Positions 28,301 to 40,758 of a DNA stretch of 64,000 nucleotides are shown here, piece by piece. Location of the stretch: assembly GCA_040954595.2 (NCBI GenBank), contig CM082589.2:9436894-9500893 (forward strand), in the 5' to 3' direction. The notes beneath the pieces are model-generated. The model searched no databases. It worked only from the letters and a program-made list of their open reading frames with translations, and was not told where the DNA came from. Made by a program: the position numbers and the translations under genes. This stretch comes from Balanoglossus misakiensis. Taxonomy: Eukaryota > Animalia > Hemichordata. How positions within the stretch are numbered: the first letter of the stretch is position 1; each line of letters begins with the position of its first letter.

Positions 28301-31300
28301 TCTTTGCATTAGGGGAAATGGCATAGCAAGCCTAATGGTGCATCAGAGTAGATGGTGATGCAAGCTCTGCACTTTGACATAGGTATTTAATGCATATGCA
28401 TGGGTATTTAATGTTGACTGTAAATCCTCAGGTTAATACGTGGCCATAAGCACTGTAATTTGACATTGCTAATGCAATGGTGATATTGAATCTTATTCTT
28501 TGCATCAGGGTAAATGGCGATGCAAGCTTGATGATGCATCTCGGTAGATAGTGATGCAAACACTTCACTTTGACATGGGTGTTAAATGCATATGAGGATT
28601 TGCTAATGCTACCGTGACACTAAATCTGATTCTTTGCATCAGGGAAAATGGTGAAGCAAGCTTGATGATGCATCAGGATAGATGGTGTTTCAAGCCCTTC
28701 ACATTGACATTAGAATATAATGCATATGGGGATTTAAAGTTGATTGTAAATCCCCAGGTTAGTATACGGCCAAACGCACAATAATTTGATATTGCTAATG
28801 CAACAGTGACATTGAATCTGATTCTTTGCATTAGGGCAAATGGCGAAGCAAGCTTGATGATGCATCACGGTAGATATTGATGCAAGCACTTCGCTTTGAC
28901 ATAGGTATAAAATTCATATGGGGATTTCAAGTTGATTATAAATCCCTGGGTTAATATGTGGCCGAAAGCACTTTTATTTGCCATTGCTAATGCTATGGCG
29001 ACACTAAATCTGATTCTTTGCATCAGGGTAAATTGTGAAGAAAGCTTGATGATGCATCAGTATAGATGGTGTTTCAAGCCGTTCAAGTTAACATTGCAAT
29101 ATAATGCATATGGGGATTTAAAGTTGATTGTAAACCCCCAAGTTAATACATGGCCAAACGCTCAGTAAATTGACATTGCTAATGCTATGGTGACACTGAT
29201 TATTTGCATCAGGGTTAATGGCGAAACAAACTTGATGATGCATCAGGGTAGATGGTATTTCAAGCCCTTCACATTGACATTGGCATATAATGCATATGGG
29301 GATTTAAAGTTGAGTGTAAATCCCTAGGTTAATACATAGCCAAAAGCACTGTAATTTGACATGGCTAATGCTACTGTGATACTAAATCTGATTCTTTGCA
29401 TCAGGGCATATAGCGAAGCATGCTTGATGATGCATCAGGATCAATGGTGACATGCGTATTTAATGCATATGCACTGATGTTTAAAGTTGACTGTAAATCG
29501 CCAGGTTAATATGTGGCCAAAAGCACAGTAATTTGACATTGCGAATGCAATGGTGACATGGAATCTGATTCTTTGCATTACGGCAAATGGCGAAGCATGC
29601 TTGACGATGCATTACTGTAGGTAGTGATGCAAACACTTCGCTTTGACATGGGTATAAAAAGCATATGGGGATTTCAAGTTGATTATAAATCCCGATGTTA
29701 ATACATGGCCAAAAGCACTGTAATTTGACATTGCTAATGCAATGGTGACACTATATCTGATTCTTTGCATCAGGGCAAATGGCGAAGCAGCTTGATGATG
29801 CATCAGGATAGATGGTGATGCAAGCTCTGCACTTTGACATGGGTATAAAATGCTTGCTGAGGGGGATTTAAAGTTGTCGAAACAAACTTGATGATGCATC
29901 AGGGTAGATGGTATTTCAAGCCCTTCACATTGACATTGGAATATAGTGCATATGGGGATTTAAAATTGATTGTAAATCCCCAGGTTAATACGTGGCCAAA
30001 AGCACTGTAATTTGACATTGCTAATGCAATGGTGACACTATATCTGATTCTTTGCATCAGGGCAAATGCCGAAGCAGCTTGATGATGCATCAGGATAGAT
30101 GGTGATGCAAGCTCTGCACTTTGAAATGGGTATAAAATGCTTGCTGAGGGGGATTTAAAGTTGTCGAAACAAACTTGATGATGCATCAGGGTAGATGGTA
30201 TTTCAAGCCCATCACATTGACATTGGAATATAATGCATATAGGGATTTCAAGTAGATTATAAATCCCTGTGTTAATACGTGTCCAAAAGCACTGTAATTT
30301 GACATTGCTAATGCAATGGTGACACTATATCTGATTCTTTGCATCAGGGCAAATGGCGAAGCAGCTTGATGATGCATCAGGATAGATGGTGATGCAGGCT
30401 CTGCACTTTGACATGGGTATAAAATGCTTGCTGAGGGGGATTTAAAGTTGTCGAAACAAACTTGATGATGCATCATGATAGATGGTATTTCAAGCCCTTC
30501 ACATTGACATTGGAATATAGTGCATATGGGGATTTAAAGTTGATTGTAAATCCCTAGGTTAATAATGGCCAAAAGCACTTTTATTTGACATTGCTAATGC
30601 AATGGTGACACTATATCTGATTCTTTGCATCAGGGCAAATGGCGATACAGGCTTGACGATGCATCACGGTAGATAGTGATGCAAACACTTCGCTTTGACA
30701 TGGGTATAAAAAGCATATGGGGATTTCAAGTTGATTATAAATCCCGATGTTTATACATGGCCAAAAGCACTGTAATTTGACATTGCTAATGCAATGGTGA
30801 CATTGAATCTGATTCTTTGCATCAGCGTAAATGGCGAAGCATGCTTGATGATGCATCACAGTAGATAGTGCTGCAAACACTTCGCTTAGACATGGGTATA
30901 AAAAGCATATAGGGATTTCAAGTTGATTATAAATCCCTGTGTTAATACGTGTCCAAAAGCACTGTAATTTGACATTGCTAATGCAATGGTGACACTATAT
31001 CTGATTCTTTGCATCAGGGCAAATGGCGAAGCAGCTTGATGATGCATCGTAGTATATGGTGATGCAAGCTCTGCATTTTGACATAGGTATTAAATGTATA
31101 TGCATGGGTATTTAAAGTTGTCTGTAAATCCCCAGGTTAATACGTGTCCAAAAGCACTGTAATTTGACATTGCTAACGCAATGGTGACACTATATCTGAT
31201 TCTTTGCATCAGGGCAAATGGCGAAGCAGCTTGATGATGCATCAGGATAGATGGTGATGCAAGCTCTGCACTTTGACATGGGTATAAAATGCTTGCTGAG

Positions 31301-31465
31301 GGGAATTTAAAGTTGTCGAAACAAACTTGATGATGCATCAGGGTAGATGGTATTTCAAGCCCTTCACATTGACATTGGAATATAGTGCATATGGGGATTT
31401 AAAGTGAACTCTAAATCCCCAGGTTAATACGTGGCCAAGAGCACTGTAATTTGACATTTCTAATG
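13361..31465. repeat. 18-kb satellite DNA, ~178-196-bp monomer, with higher-order repeats
   Basis: The GGTTAAT/GGTTAAC motif occurs at 13424, 13620, 13811, 14007, 14185, 14377, 14572, 14768, 14964, 15160 and 15338. Repeated ORF and variant signatures give periods of 1527, 3831, 1259, 910 and 287 bp. Confidence 0.97.
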
Positions 31466-31604
31466 ATGGTGAGATGTTGTTTGCTCCCCAGGGAGTTGAA
31501 TGGAATAGTAAGGTCCAACGACCTAGGTCAAATTACCATGGGACAACTTTAAAGCATGTTGAGATTTAATGTGCTACATAAGTTATAAATATTATATTAA
31601 TATT

Positions 31605-32240
31605 TAGGGGTTATTACACGAATTTTGGTCGATAACGCGTTGTATTCGAGTGATGTCCGTATTTTGATGAGTTGCGCTTCGCAACGAGTCAAAATACGGA
31701 CATCACGAGAATGCGTCGCGTTATCGACCAAAATTCGTGTAATAACCTCTTTATCATACATGCCTACCTATAAAACAGTACGATTTGCAGAAATGCGCCG
31801 AGAAAAACAATTTCAAATTTGAACCGGGCGCTGGGATCACAGTAGTAGCCATGTTGTGACGTATGACGTGTGGGCCGTAGTATCATTTTAAGGGGGTTGG
31901 CAGCTTTCATTACGATGGGCACATCCGCATTCTAAATAAAATTGTCTACGTTCTCTTTCAAAATATCATGTTAACAATTATTTTGCATTGAGAATTTCGA
32001 AGAACTAAAAATGATGCATTCAACATGACAAAACCGCCAGCTTTGAAAACTTTATTACAGCTTCTAATAACCGAATTTTACAACACCCCTCTCCACTATG
32101 CCCCGTGTGTCGCTCGCGCGCGCAGTGAACTGTCACACCGAGACGCGGACACGATATTTTCACATTGTGAAATACCGTAAAATATCTTCGGGGCGAGAAC
32201 AATAGAAAGTGTTAAATACTGGCGTTGCATGTATGATAAT
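31605..32240. mobile_element. Non-autonomous element with a terminal ~145-bp hairpin and asymmetric 13-bp inverted repeats (class uncertain; Crypton- or Helentron-like)
   Basis: Hairpin at 31606-31750. TTATCATACATGC (31751) pairs with GCATGTATGATAA (32227-32239). The empty site ATATT|ATTACATA is visible in paralogous segments at ~33545 and ~34255. Confidence 0.75.
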
Positions 32241-33194
32241 ATTACATAAACAACACTCTTACTTAGCTAAGGAAGTGGTCAGGTGAAATATATTTGCAGA
32301 GCTGACCAATTCTTTAAGGAAAATTAAAGTTGGGTATTTTGGATGTATTCATACCTACAAACTGTGTTATGTATGGGACATTGATGTTGCCTAATACATC
32401 TCCACATTAACTTGAATTCTTAACGGCAGCTATACAAGGCAGCGTATGGAAAGATCATTGTAAGACATACACAACACTTTTAGGGAGCATGGGAAATGTT
32501 CATGAGAACTGTGTTCTCGGAGCTCACAAACTGTGTTATGAGAAATTCAAGCTGCTAAACTTGCGTGTCTCTAAATTGACTGAAACTGTGATTATGAGCC
32601 AAAGAAGGCAACGTATAGGAATGTCATTCTACCACATACTGTTACTCAACACTTCTATTAAGCATGGGAAATAGTATTGAGAACAGTATTCTCAAAGTTG
32701 ACAAACTGTGTTATGTGTAGAATATCCAAATTGCCTAATTGGCAATCGTTAGCAACCAGTTGTCTTCAAGAGGGTTTGGGGCACCAACCTCAACATGCTT
32801 TAGTCTTTAGTGATCTAGCAAGTTAGCCTGCATATCGAGCAACTGTTAATGGAGTGAGTTGCTCAATGATAGGAAACTCCTTTGTTCATTTTCAAAATAA
32901 CCAAAAATGTGAACAAAACACACTGAATTATGTATGGGATATATGGGATTGCCTAATTTGCGTGTCTCCACATTTACTTAAACTCTCACAGGGAGACAAA
33001 TGTCACAGCAGACGGAAAAATGATTATGCCACACAACACTTTTATTTAGCACGGGAACTGGTCTTGGGAAATGGGAGCTGACGCACTGAATTTTTGGAAA
33101 TTCAAAGAGCCTAATATGCACGTTTCCATATTTGCTTAAACTCTGACTGGGAGCTGAACAAGGCACTAAATGGAAAGGTCATTGAGCCACATAA

Positions 33195-33548
33195 AGTCAT
33201 AGTCCAGTCGTTAGAGCATCAGACCCATAATCAAAGAATCAAGAGTTTGATCCCTGGCATGGTTGTGGTGTTGTGTCCTCTAGCAAGGCAATTTACATCT
33301 CCTTGCCTCTCCCCGCCCATAAGAAAATGGTAATTTGGTGGATCGGATATTGTAATGTGTATGTTCAGGTCAGCTGTGCTGATATAAAAGCTGCACATGT
33401 GAGCTGTTGTTTGCTCCCCATGGAGTGGGATGGAATATTTTAGGTCCAACGACCTAGGTCAAATTACCATGGGAAACACTTCAAAGCAGCACATTGAGAT
33501 TTATTGCATAATGTGCTATATAAGTAATAAATATTATATTGATATTAT
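33195..33548 (+). mobile_element. tRNA-derived SINE, degenerate; 3' halves also at ~31468-31604 and ~34118-34260
   Basis: tRNA-like head with box A-like TAGTCCAGTCGTTA and box B-like GTTTGATCCC. Central GTGTTGTGTCCTCTAGCAAGGCAATTTAC core. LINE-like tail ending GCTATATAAGTAATAAATATTATATT. Confidence 0.75.
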
Positions 33549-33624
33549 TACATAAACAACACTCTTACTTAGCAAAGGGAGTGGTCAGGTGAACTATATT
33601 CGCAGAGCTGACCAATTGTTTTAA

Positions 33625-33958
33625 GGAGCAAAGTCTCTCTTTCGCCGCCTTTTTTCAATTAATTAAGTTTGATACAAGAACCCGTTTATGTTTTTCTACA
33701 TGTGGCTATATAGTGAATCAACATTCAACCAACAACTTTCATCCCGTTTGTAGAATATGAGAGTAAAAATCTCGCCAAAATGAATAAATGGTAAACACAG
33801 ATTATTCATTTTGGCGAGTTTTTTCATTCTTGTGTGTACAAGTGGGGTGGAAGTTGTGTTTGGTCGAACATTGATTCACTATACAGCCAACATAAACGAT
33901 GTCTTGTATCAAACATAATTAATGGTAAAAAGGGCAGCGAGAGAGACACTTTGTCCCT
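33625..33958. mobile_element. Kolobok-family MITE (foldback)
   Basis: TTAA at 33621 and 33959. The termini match the TIR of the large element. Paralogous empty sites (~32314, ~34330) carry a single TTAA. Confidence 0.88.
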
Positions 33959-34759
33959 TTAAGTAAAATTCAAGTTGTGTAATGTGGACGTATTCACATT
34001 TACAAACTGTTTTATAGTCACATGGGGATTAAATGCATATGCATGTGTATTTAAAGTTAACTGTAAATCCCCAGGTTAATACGTGGCCAAAAGCACTGTA
34101 ATTTGACATTTCTAATAATGGTGAGATGTTGTTTGCTCCCCAGGGAGTTGAATGGAATATTTATGTCCAACGACCTAAATCAAATGACCATGGGACAACT
34201 TTAAAGCACATTGAGATTTAATGTGCTACATACGTTATAAATATTATATTAATATTATTACATAACAAACTTTCTTGCTTAGCAAAGGAATTGGTCAGGT
34301 GAAATATATTCGCACATCTGACCAATTATTTAAGGAATATTAAAGTTGGGTAATTTGGACGTATTCATATGGGTGTTGGTCAATGGAAAGTCCTTTGTTC
34401 ATTTTCAAAATGGCAACCAAAAATGCGAACAAAACACACTGAATTCTGTACGGGATATTGATGTTGCCTAAATTGCGTGTTTCCACATTTACTTAAACTC
34501 TCACATGGAGACAAATGTCACAGCAAACGGAAAAATGACTATGCTACACACAACACTTTTATTGATCATGGGAAATGTTCATGAGAATTGTGTTACTTTT
34601 CGGGGCTCACGAACTGTGTTATGGGAAATCTGACAAGGAATCTTAACTGTACCACATACACAACACTTTTATTAAGCGTGGGAAATGGTCCTGAGAACAA
34701 TATTCTCAGAGCTGACAAACTGTGTTATGTGAAATTCATGTTGCCTATTTCATGATAAT

Positions 34760-35391
34760 GGCTTGTGGTACACAAGGGTTAACAGCAATCAGCAATTGCT
34801 TGTATGATAGGTATGATGATCGATTTACAAATTTCAATGGTATAATAATGGGCAACACACGTGGAAGTGTTTAATAAACAGTTAACTAATGTGGTGATGG
34901 TTTGTGGTAAAATTGAGGGTACACAGATTATAATGGGCCAAAACAATGAATATAATAGAGGTTGATGATGGTGAAGGGTTTCATATGAATGGTGTAATAA
35001 AGGTTAACAAATGTGGTGATAGCTTTGGTGTACAGGGCTGTTGATATCTTTAGTAATGACAAAGGTATAATAATGATAAAAGCTTAAATAAGTGTTTGGG
35101 CACAATCTTCATGATGGTTCATTCATTGGTTAATGTGTATATTTTATTAATATCATGCTATTGTTTATCAGTTAGATCATAATCAGGATTTTTCCATGCA
35201 CATCGTCACCATGATTCAGTGGAATTCTTCGGAATGGTACCTGTGATCATTTTCGCGCATCAACGCATTGTACGTGACAGACATGCAGAAAATATTAACA
35301 TGTAACTCACAGGCATAATGTTAAATCTAAACAAATATGTTAGGTTAGCTTTACCTCCCCACGTACCCCATCCTAATTCCAAATTTAGCTT
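34760..35391 (+). repeat. Diverged direct repeat, copy 2 (copy 1 at ~11950-12640)
   Basis: Same shared strings as copy 1. Confidence 0.85.
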
Positions 35392-37791
35392 GCTGTGAGG
35401 TTTTTGGGTAGTACCAATTCGGAAACTTTCATGGTTCATTCATCGAACCAAATATTGGATTTGACACACTGTGCCACGGGTGGGTAAAGCATGGTGAAAT
35501 GTTGGCGGTAAACTTTAACCAGGCAGGTCACATGAAATGAAGATATTATCCTTTGAGTTTGATGACATACATGATAAGATATGTCAGTTTTGACACCTTT
35601 TTGCAGACATAGATGCTGATGTATTTTTTCCATTGGACACAGTAGTCAAAGTCCAGTCTGTGTTTAAAATGATACCCTGGTCACACACAGTGAGAAATAT
35701 CAGCCTTTGACTTAAAGGGACAAAGTCTCTCTCTTTTTGCCTTTTTTTCATTAATTTTGATTCATTCAAGACACTGTGTATGTTATTTTAAATGTTGATA
35801 TATAGTGAATCAACGTTCGACCACAAACAAGTTCCATCCCGCTTGTAGACACGAGAGTAAAAAAATCACCAAAATGAATAATCGTTCTTTACCATTTATT
35901 CGAGCGCGGACGCGGGCCGGGCTTCGATCATTACCAATGTGCGCATGTGCAAGGGTATATACACAAAATGAAACGTCATACATATAATTATAGCTGTAGC
36001 GACAGTCATGGCGGATGCTTTGGCGTCTGTTCCCAGTAGCAGTGGTAAACGTAAACGTGCTCGTGGCCGCCCACAAACCACTGCTTCGGCAAAAAAAACG
36101 TAAACAATTGCTGAAACAAGTAGGTCAGATAAACATTTTCTCGGAAATTCATCGTTGGAATGAAATCAAACGCTCCTTGGTATTGGAAACGAACCGCCAA
36201 GTCGCAAAGGTCCTGATCGACCGGTAAGTACATATTCGTGCATTCACTGTGTACGTACTCCATAGCCAAAGATACGGCGTGAATTGTGTACATGAATTTA
36301 GAATCTGTGTCTCACAGAATCACTGCGAGCATCATCTCAATGTAATTCTAAATGTGCTGTTTCAAGTCGTATTTCACTTAGTGATTTTGCCCAGCGCATA
36401 CCTCGCCCTCGACCAGCAGTTGTATGTAGTACGCTGGACCGTTTGTATCAATGTATGACTATGCGAGATAAATTGTACGGTACTGCAATGTTTTTTTTGT
36501 TTTCTTTTTTTTCCTCCGGACAATCTACATGTATTACTGTTATCGAACATACGAGACAATATGCTTTTAGCGGAATTTGGTTGTTCTTTGTTCTGCTACA
36601 ACTTCCGTTTTGTTATAGCCAGTTGTGTACATTTCTTGAGCTGTATATGAACTGAAGAAAAATTTGGCTATTTTCTCGTAGTTGTCTTATTCTCACCTTA
36701 CGTGTCTGTAACCTGTCCTCTGAAGCAAATTATGGCTGTGTGTAATCCCTTCTAAAGACAGAAATTGGCTACGTAAACAAGCCATTGTAAAGGCAAAAAA
36801 AGGTTCATTGTGTCTTATTATTTGTGTGGACAGGTATTATGAACATCAAGTTACAGCAACAACAGATGCAGAATTTACCAGGCCTGCATCATCTCCAAGT
36901 GGCCAAGAAAGACTGCAAGTATTTGCACCGTCTATGGAAACTAGGTACCAAATAAATTTTGATCATGATACTTTGAGCTTTGTATAGTACACAATAGATT
37001 TTCATATTTGATGGGGCTCTTGCAGTATACATGATGTATATTGTTTTAAAGAGGTGACATGTTTTTATGGCTCATGAAAAGTAATTGTGTCCGTAATATA
37101 ATTTATAGAAATGAAACAATGAAATGTTGCATTCCACATAGTTATCTGAGTGATAGATGGGAATACCTAAAAGTATATATTTGTTTCTTAAAATTTATAG
37201 GCAACGTGATGATCAAGGACAAGCCACCCAAACTTTTCCTATGACATCAACGCCAGGAAATGGCCATCTTTGTGATATCGAAAAAAATTTAGAAGAATTA
37301 GTTGCATCAGAAATATCATCAGTCAGGTAGGTGTTTAAGCACTTTTTTTTACATTACATTCAATGCTTCTAGCCACAATCTGTAGTATGAGGAAAAGCCT
37401 CTGCTCAAACTCTCAGGTGACAATAATCAACATAACAATGGCGAAGTATACCTGACATTTGCCCTCCAATAAACAACCAAAATCATCCTATACAATTTAT
37501 TCAGTGTGTTGACCAAGACATTCACGTCTATGGTTTTAATCCAGCAAACATAGGTTTTTCACTGCTTACTGGTTGGGGGATTAGGGGGAACTGGAACCTA
37601 CAACGTTTGTGCAGACCTAGTTTGTCATGTATCAAATTTTAGTCTTTTTTTTTTCTTTGTACAGGGTTTCTTCCATCTCTGGAATTGCAGAGATAGATGT
37701 TCAGGAGATAGGAGAATCATCACAAGAGAAACCTATGGAATCTACAGAAGGCCCATCACAGCCAGTACAAAGTGAAAGGTATGACACTGTC

Positions 37792-38205
37792 TTTTCTTAC
37801 ACTCCCCGTACGCTGGGAGTGTGAGAACAGAGTGTGGGAACAAATTGTTCTCACAATCTCACTGAATAGAAAGCTGTATATGACGCGAGTGCTGATTGGT
37901 TGGCAAAGTGTTCTGTCGCTACGCGCACTAAATTTTATCCAATGGCGCGATGTGTATTACAGGCACAGAGACTACAACGTGCCCCCAGACAACAATTCCA
38001 GAGTCATTTATTCAATGTTTTTAACGAACTTGGCTAATTTGTGACCGTGTGAGAAAAAGAATCTCACACACCAAGGACCTGGGATCATATTTCTCACACT
38101 CGTCGGGGATATTCTGTCCCACACGAGCCACAGGTGAGTGTGGGACAGAAAATCCCCAACTCTTGTGAGAAATATGATCCCAGGTCCTTGGGAGTGTGAG
38201 ATTCT
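37792..38205. mobile_element. Second long-hairpin non-autonomous element, in a transposase intron
   Basis: TTTTCTTACAC (37792) and GTGTGAGAAAA (38047) form an inverted repeat. It is followed by a hairpin at 38058-38205 with a 28-bp perfect stem. Confidence 0.7.
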
Positions 38206-39378
38206 ATTAATCTGAAGATAAACTGTAATTAGGTAAACTTTTATAGTGAAATGTGGCTTTCCCCCCTCTTTTGTACCTTTTGTGATAAACATTAATCTCC
38301 TGCTTTAGGACAAAAGCAGGAGCGACTGCTTTACATACATGTAAATGTACTAATTTCTAACTCCCTTGCTTATGCTTGTGTGAATAAGTTATTCTGTGTA
38401 GCTATCAACATGAAAATATTTCTTAGAAAGCAAAATGGCAAATGTTTACCAATCACCCTAAATTTACTTGTGTGAAACCAAGATAGAGAGGAACCTGTAA
38501 AAATAAGCAGTGATGCTGCTGTCCCTGTGTGCCCCTGTCACTTTGTTTCAGAGTTCAATTTTCATGTGTGTTATATTTAGTTCACAGCTGTAAATTAGTT
38601 CAGTACATATTGCCGTCTCATGTGTGCCTATTTTGTCATTTTTTTCTCCAGCGGCCGTGTAAGATTTCCAAGAAATTTGTCTGAGTCTTTCATCAATCCA
38701 TTTGAGTAAGTTTTCCTTATTCTATTGTCATATACGGCATGCATGTATCCCTTGCTTGAGCAAGCCTTTTCGATTGCTTCTTTTCTCCTGTTACACTAAA
38801 TTTAAATTTGTTGGGAAAATCAGTTTCATGACATGCATCACGTGTGTCAGAACATTTGCTTGTACCTAAATTCATGGGAAATGTTTTCTTTCTTTTTTGT
38901 GCTTATGAGTGACTATATGTATTTTTAGTGAGCAGCATTGTCCCACTATTCAGATTAATTCCTTGGTTTTATTACTACCAGGTTGAGCATTGATATTTCT
39001 GAGGAAGACAAAGAGGAAGACATGAACCTATGTGACGATGATGATTATGACTATGAGCCCAGCTTTGATATTTCTATAATGTAAGTGCGCATTTATCACT
39101 ATCATCAAAGTTCCTTATTGGATGGGTACACAACAAATGGAAGGCAAAATATCCTCATGGTTAAAAAAAGCCTAAGTGTTGGACGCTAAAATTCATATAT
39201 ATGATAAATTTTCTTTTATGAATGAAACATCAACTTACAACATTTGTACTAACAGCTTACTGACAAACTCTGATGGACAAGTCTTGAGCATTGTTAGGAT
39301 TTTTTGTCCATTTCTCAGAACTAATGGCGTGCAGGTGGTTCCTGCCATTGGTGACGACGATATTGAAAGTGACGGTGG

Positions 39379-39409
<31 letters not shown>

Positions 39410-39570
39410 ACACCATCACCGGGTCTGCAGAGAGTTGTCACAGAAGAAGATGGGGAAAGCCTCCTTGGTGACTCTACAACATGTCTGGTTTTTTTGAACC
39501 AGCTTCTGGCCCTTGGCAAAAAATCTATTAGGCAAGTCTGTGCATTGAAGTCTTGCAGTGGATTGATATC

Positions 39571-40758
39571 GAATGTAGAATGTAGAATAGTTTATTGCGT
39601 TCCAAGGCCTCCGGCCCATATGCAAGGGGGTTACAAAAATTTAACATAGAAAGACAGCAAAATAAAGTACAGCTGTACATGACCATTAAACAGTTTAAAT
39701 TCTGTCTCTTGAAAAAAGTGAGAGAGATATCTTTCTCTGCTTAAACGCTTTGCTTGTGAAAATACAGAGGTTGAGAAGCTCATCATTGCTAGACGTGTTC
39801 ATAAGTCGTACAAATTTGTGAAAAGTTGGATGCTCAAAGTAGATATGTGATAAATACTGTTTTCTGAGGTCTGTGTAAGCAGAGCATTCAAGGAGAAAAT
39901 GGTATTCATCTTCTACTGCTCCTTTTGTACAAAACTTACATAGACGATCTGGTACATCTATATTATGCCTTCTCCCCTCCTCAATAGCAAGGGGCAGGGT
40001 AGAACAGCGAAAACAGGTGAACAGTTGTAAGACATTGCGACTACATGGTAACCTAAGATACTTCTCAGGTTCGAGCATGCTTTTAAATTGCATGTATGTA
40101 CGGAGTTTAGGTTTCAAAGATATTTTACTGTTCCAAAGTTGTTTAAAGATATCTGAAAGCCTAGAATCAAAAAGTGACAAAAATTGCTGTTTGTTTCCTA
40201 TTTCTTGGGCAAGCCAGGCATAACCGAAACCATAAGAAAATAAAACATTCTTTATAGATGTTGCCCACGTGTGGCGACCCAAGCCATCAAGATTACATAA
40301 CATGATGTATGCTTGTCTTGGAAGACGGTTTGGAGGCATTTCAAGTAATTTTATCCAATAGCGAATGCAACGCTTTATAGTGTAAAAATGAACAGGAAAA
40401 CGACCGCATTCACCCAATACTGCTTCATTTGTTGTATTGCCCGGTATACCTAAAAATTTTCTACACCATTTTCTGTGTACCTTCTCCAGAGCATCGTACA
40501 AAGTAAAACCCCAGACTTCAGAACCATAGCATAAAATTGGTAATATCATAACATCGAAAACTTTAAAATGAGAATACAGATCAAAGTGACCTAACTTCCA
40601 TCTAGCAATTGACAGCATATTGAGGGCTTTACTAGCCTGGTTTGCTAGATTTTGGATTGATTTCGACCAGTTGTTGCGAGATGAAAAGAATAAACCCAGG
40701 TATTTGTAAAATGAAACAATATTTACAGGACTTGTACCAAATTGCCAGTTTTCCCAAC
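39571..40758 (-). mobile_element. 5'-truncated non-LTR retrotransposon (RTE-X/RTE-like); ORF2 C-terminus open at 39695-40758
   Basis: RT-thumb motifs YKYLG, LPILCYGSEVWG and VLGECGRFP. C-terminal Zn-finger RLCKFC..EDEYHFLLEC. 3' AATAAA followed by an (ATTCTAC)n tail. Flanked by a ~190-bp direct repeat (39378-39570, 40759-40948). Confidence 0.9.

Noticed and set aside
13361-31338. Many His/Cys-rich minus-strand ORFs resembling zinc fingers
   Set aside because: They are translations of satellite monomers with shifting frames and no C2H2 spacing.
33195-33265. tRNA gene
   Set aside because: The A/B boxes are degenerate, there is no good cloverleaf, and it is continuous with a SINE body and tail.
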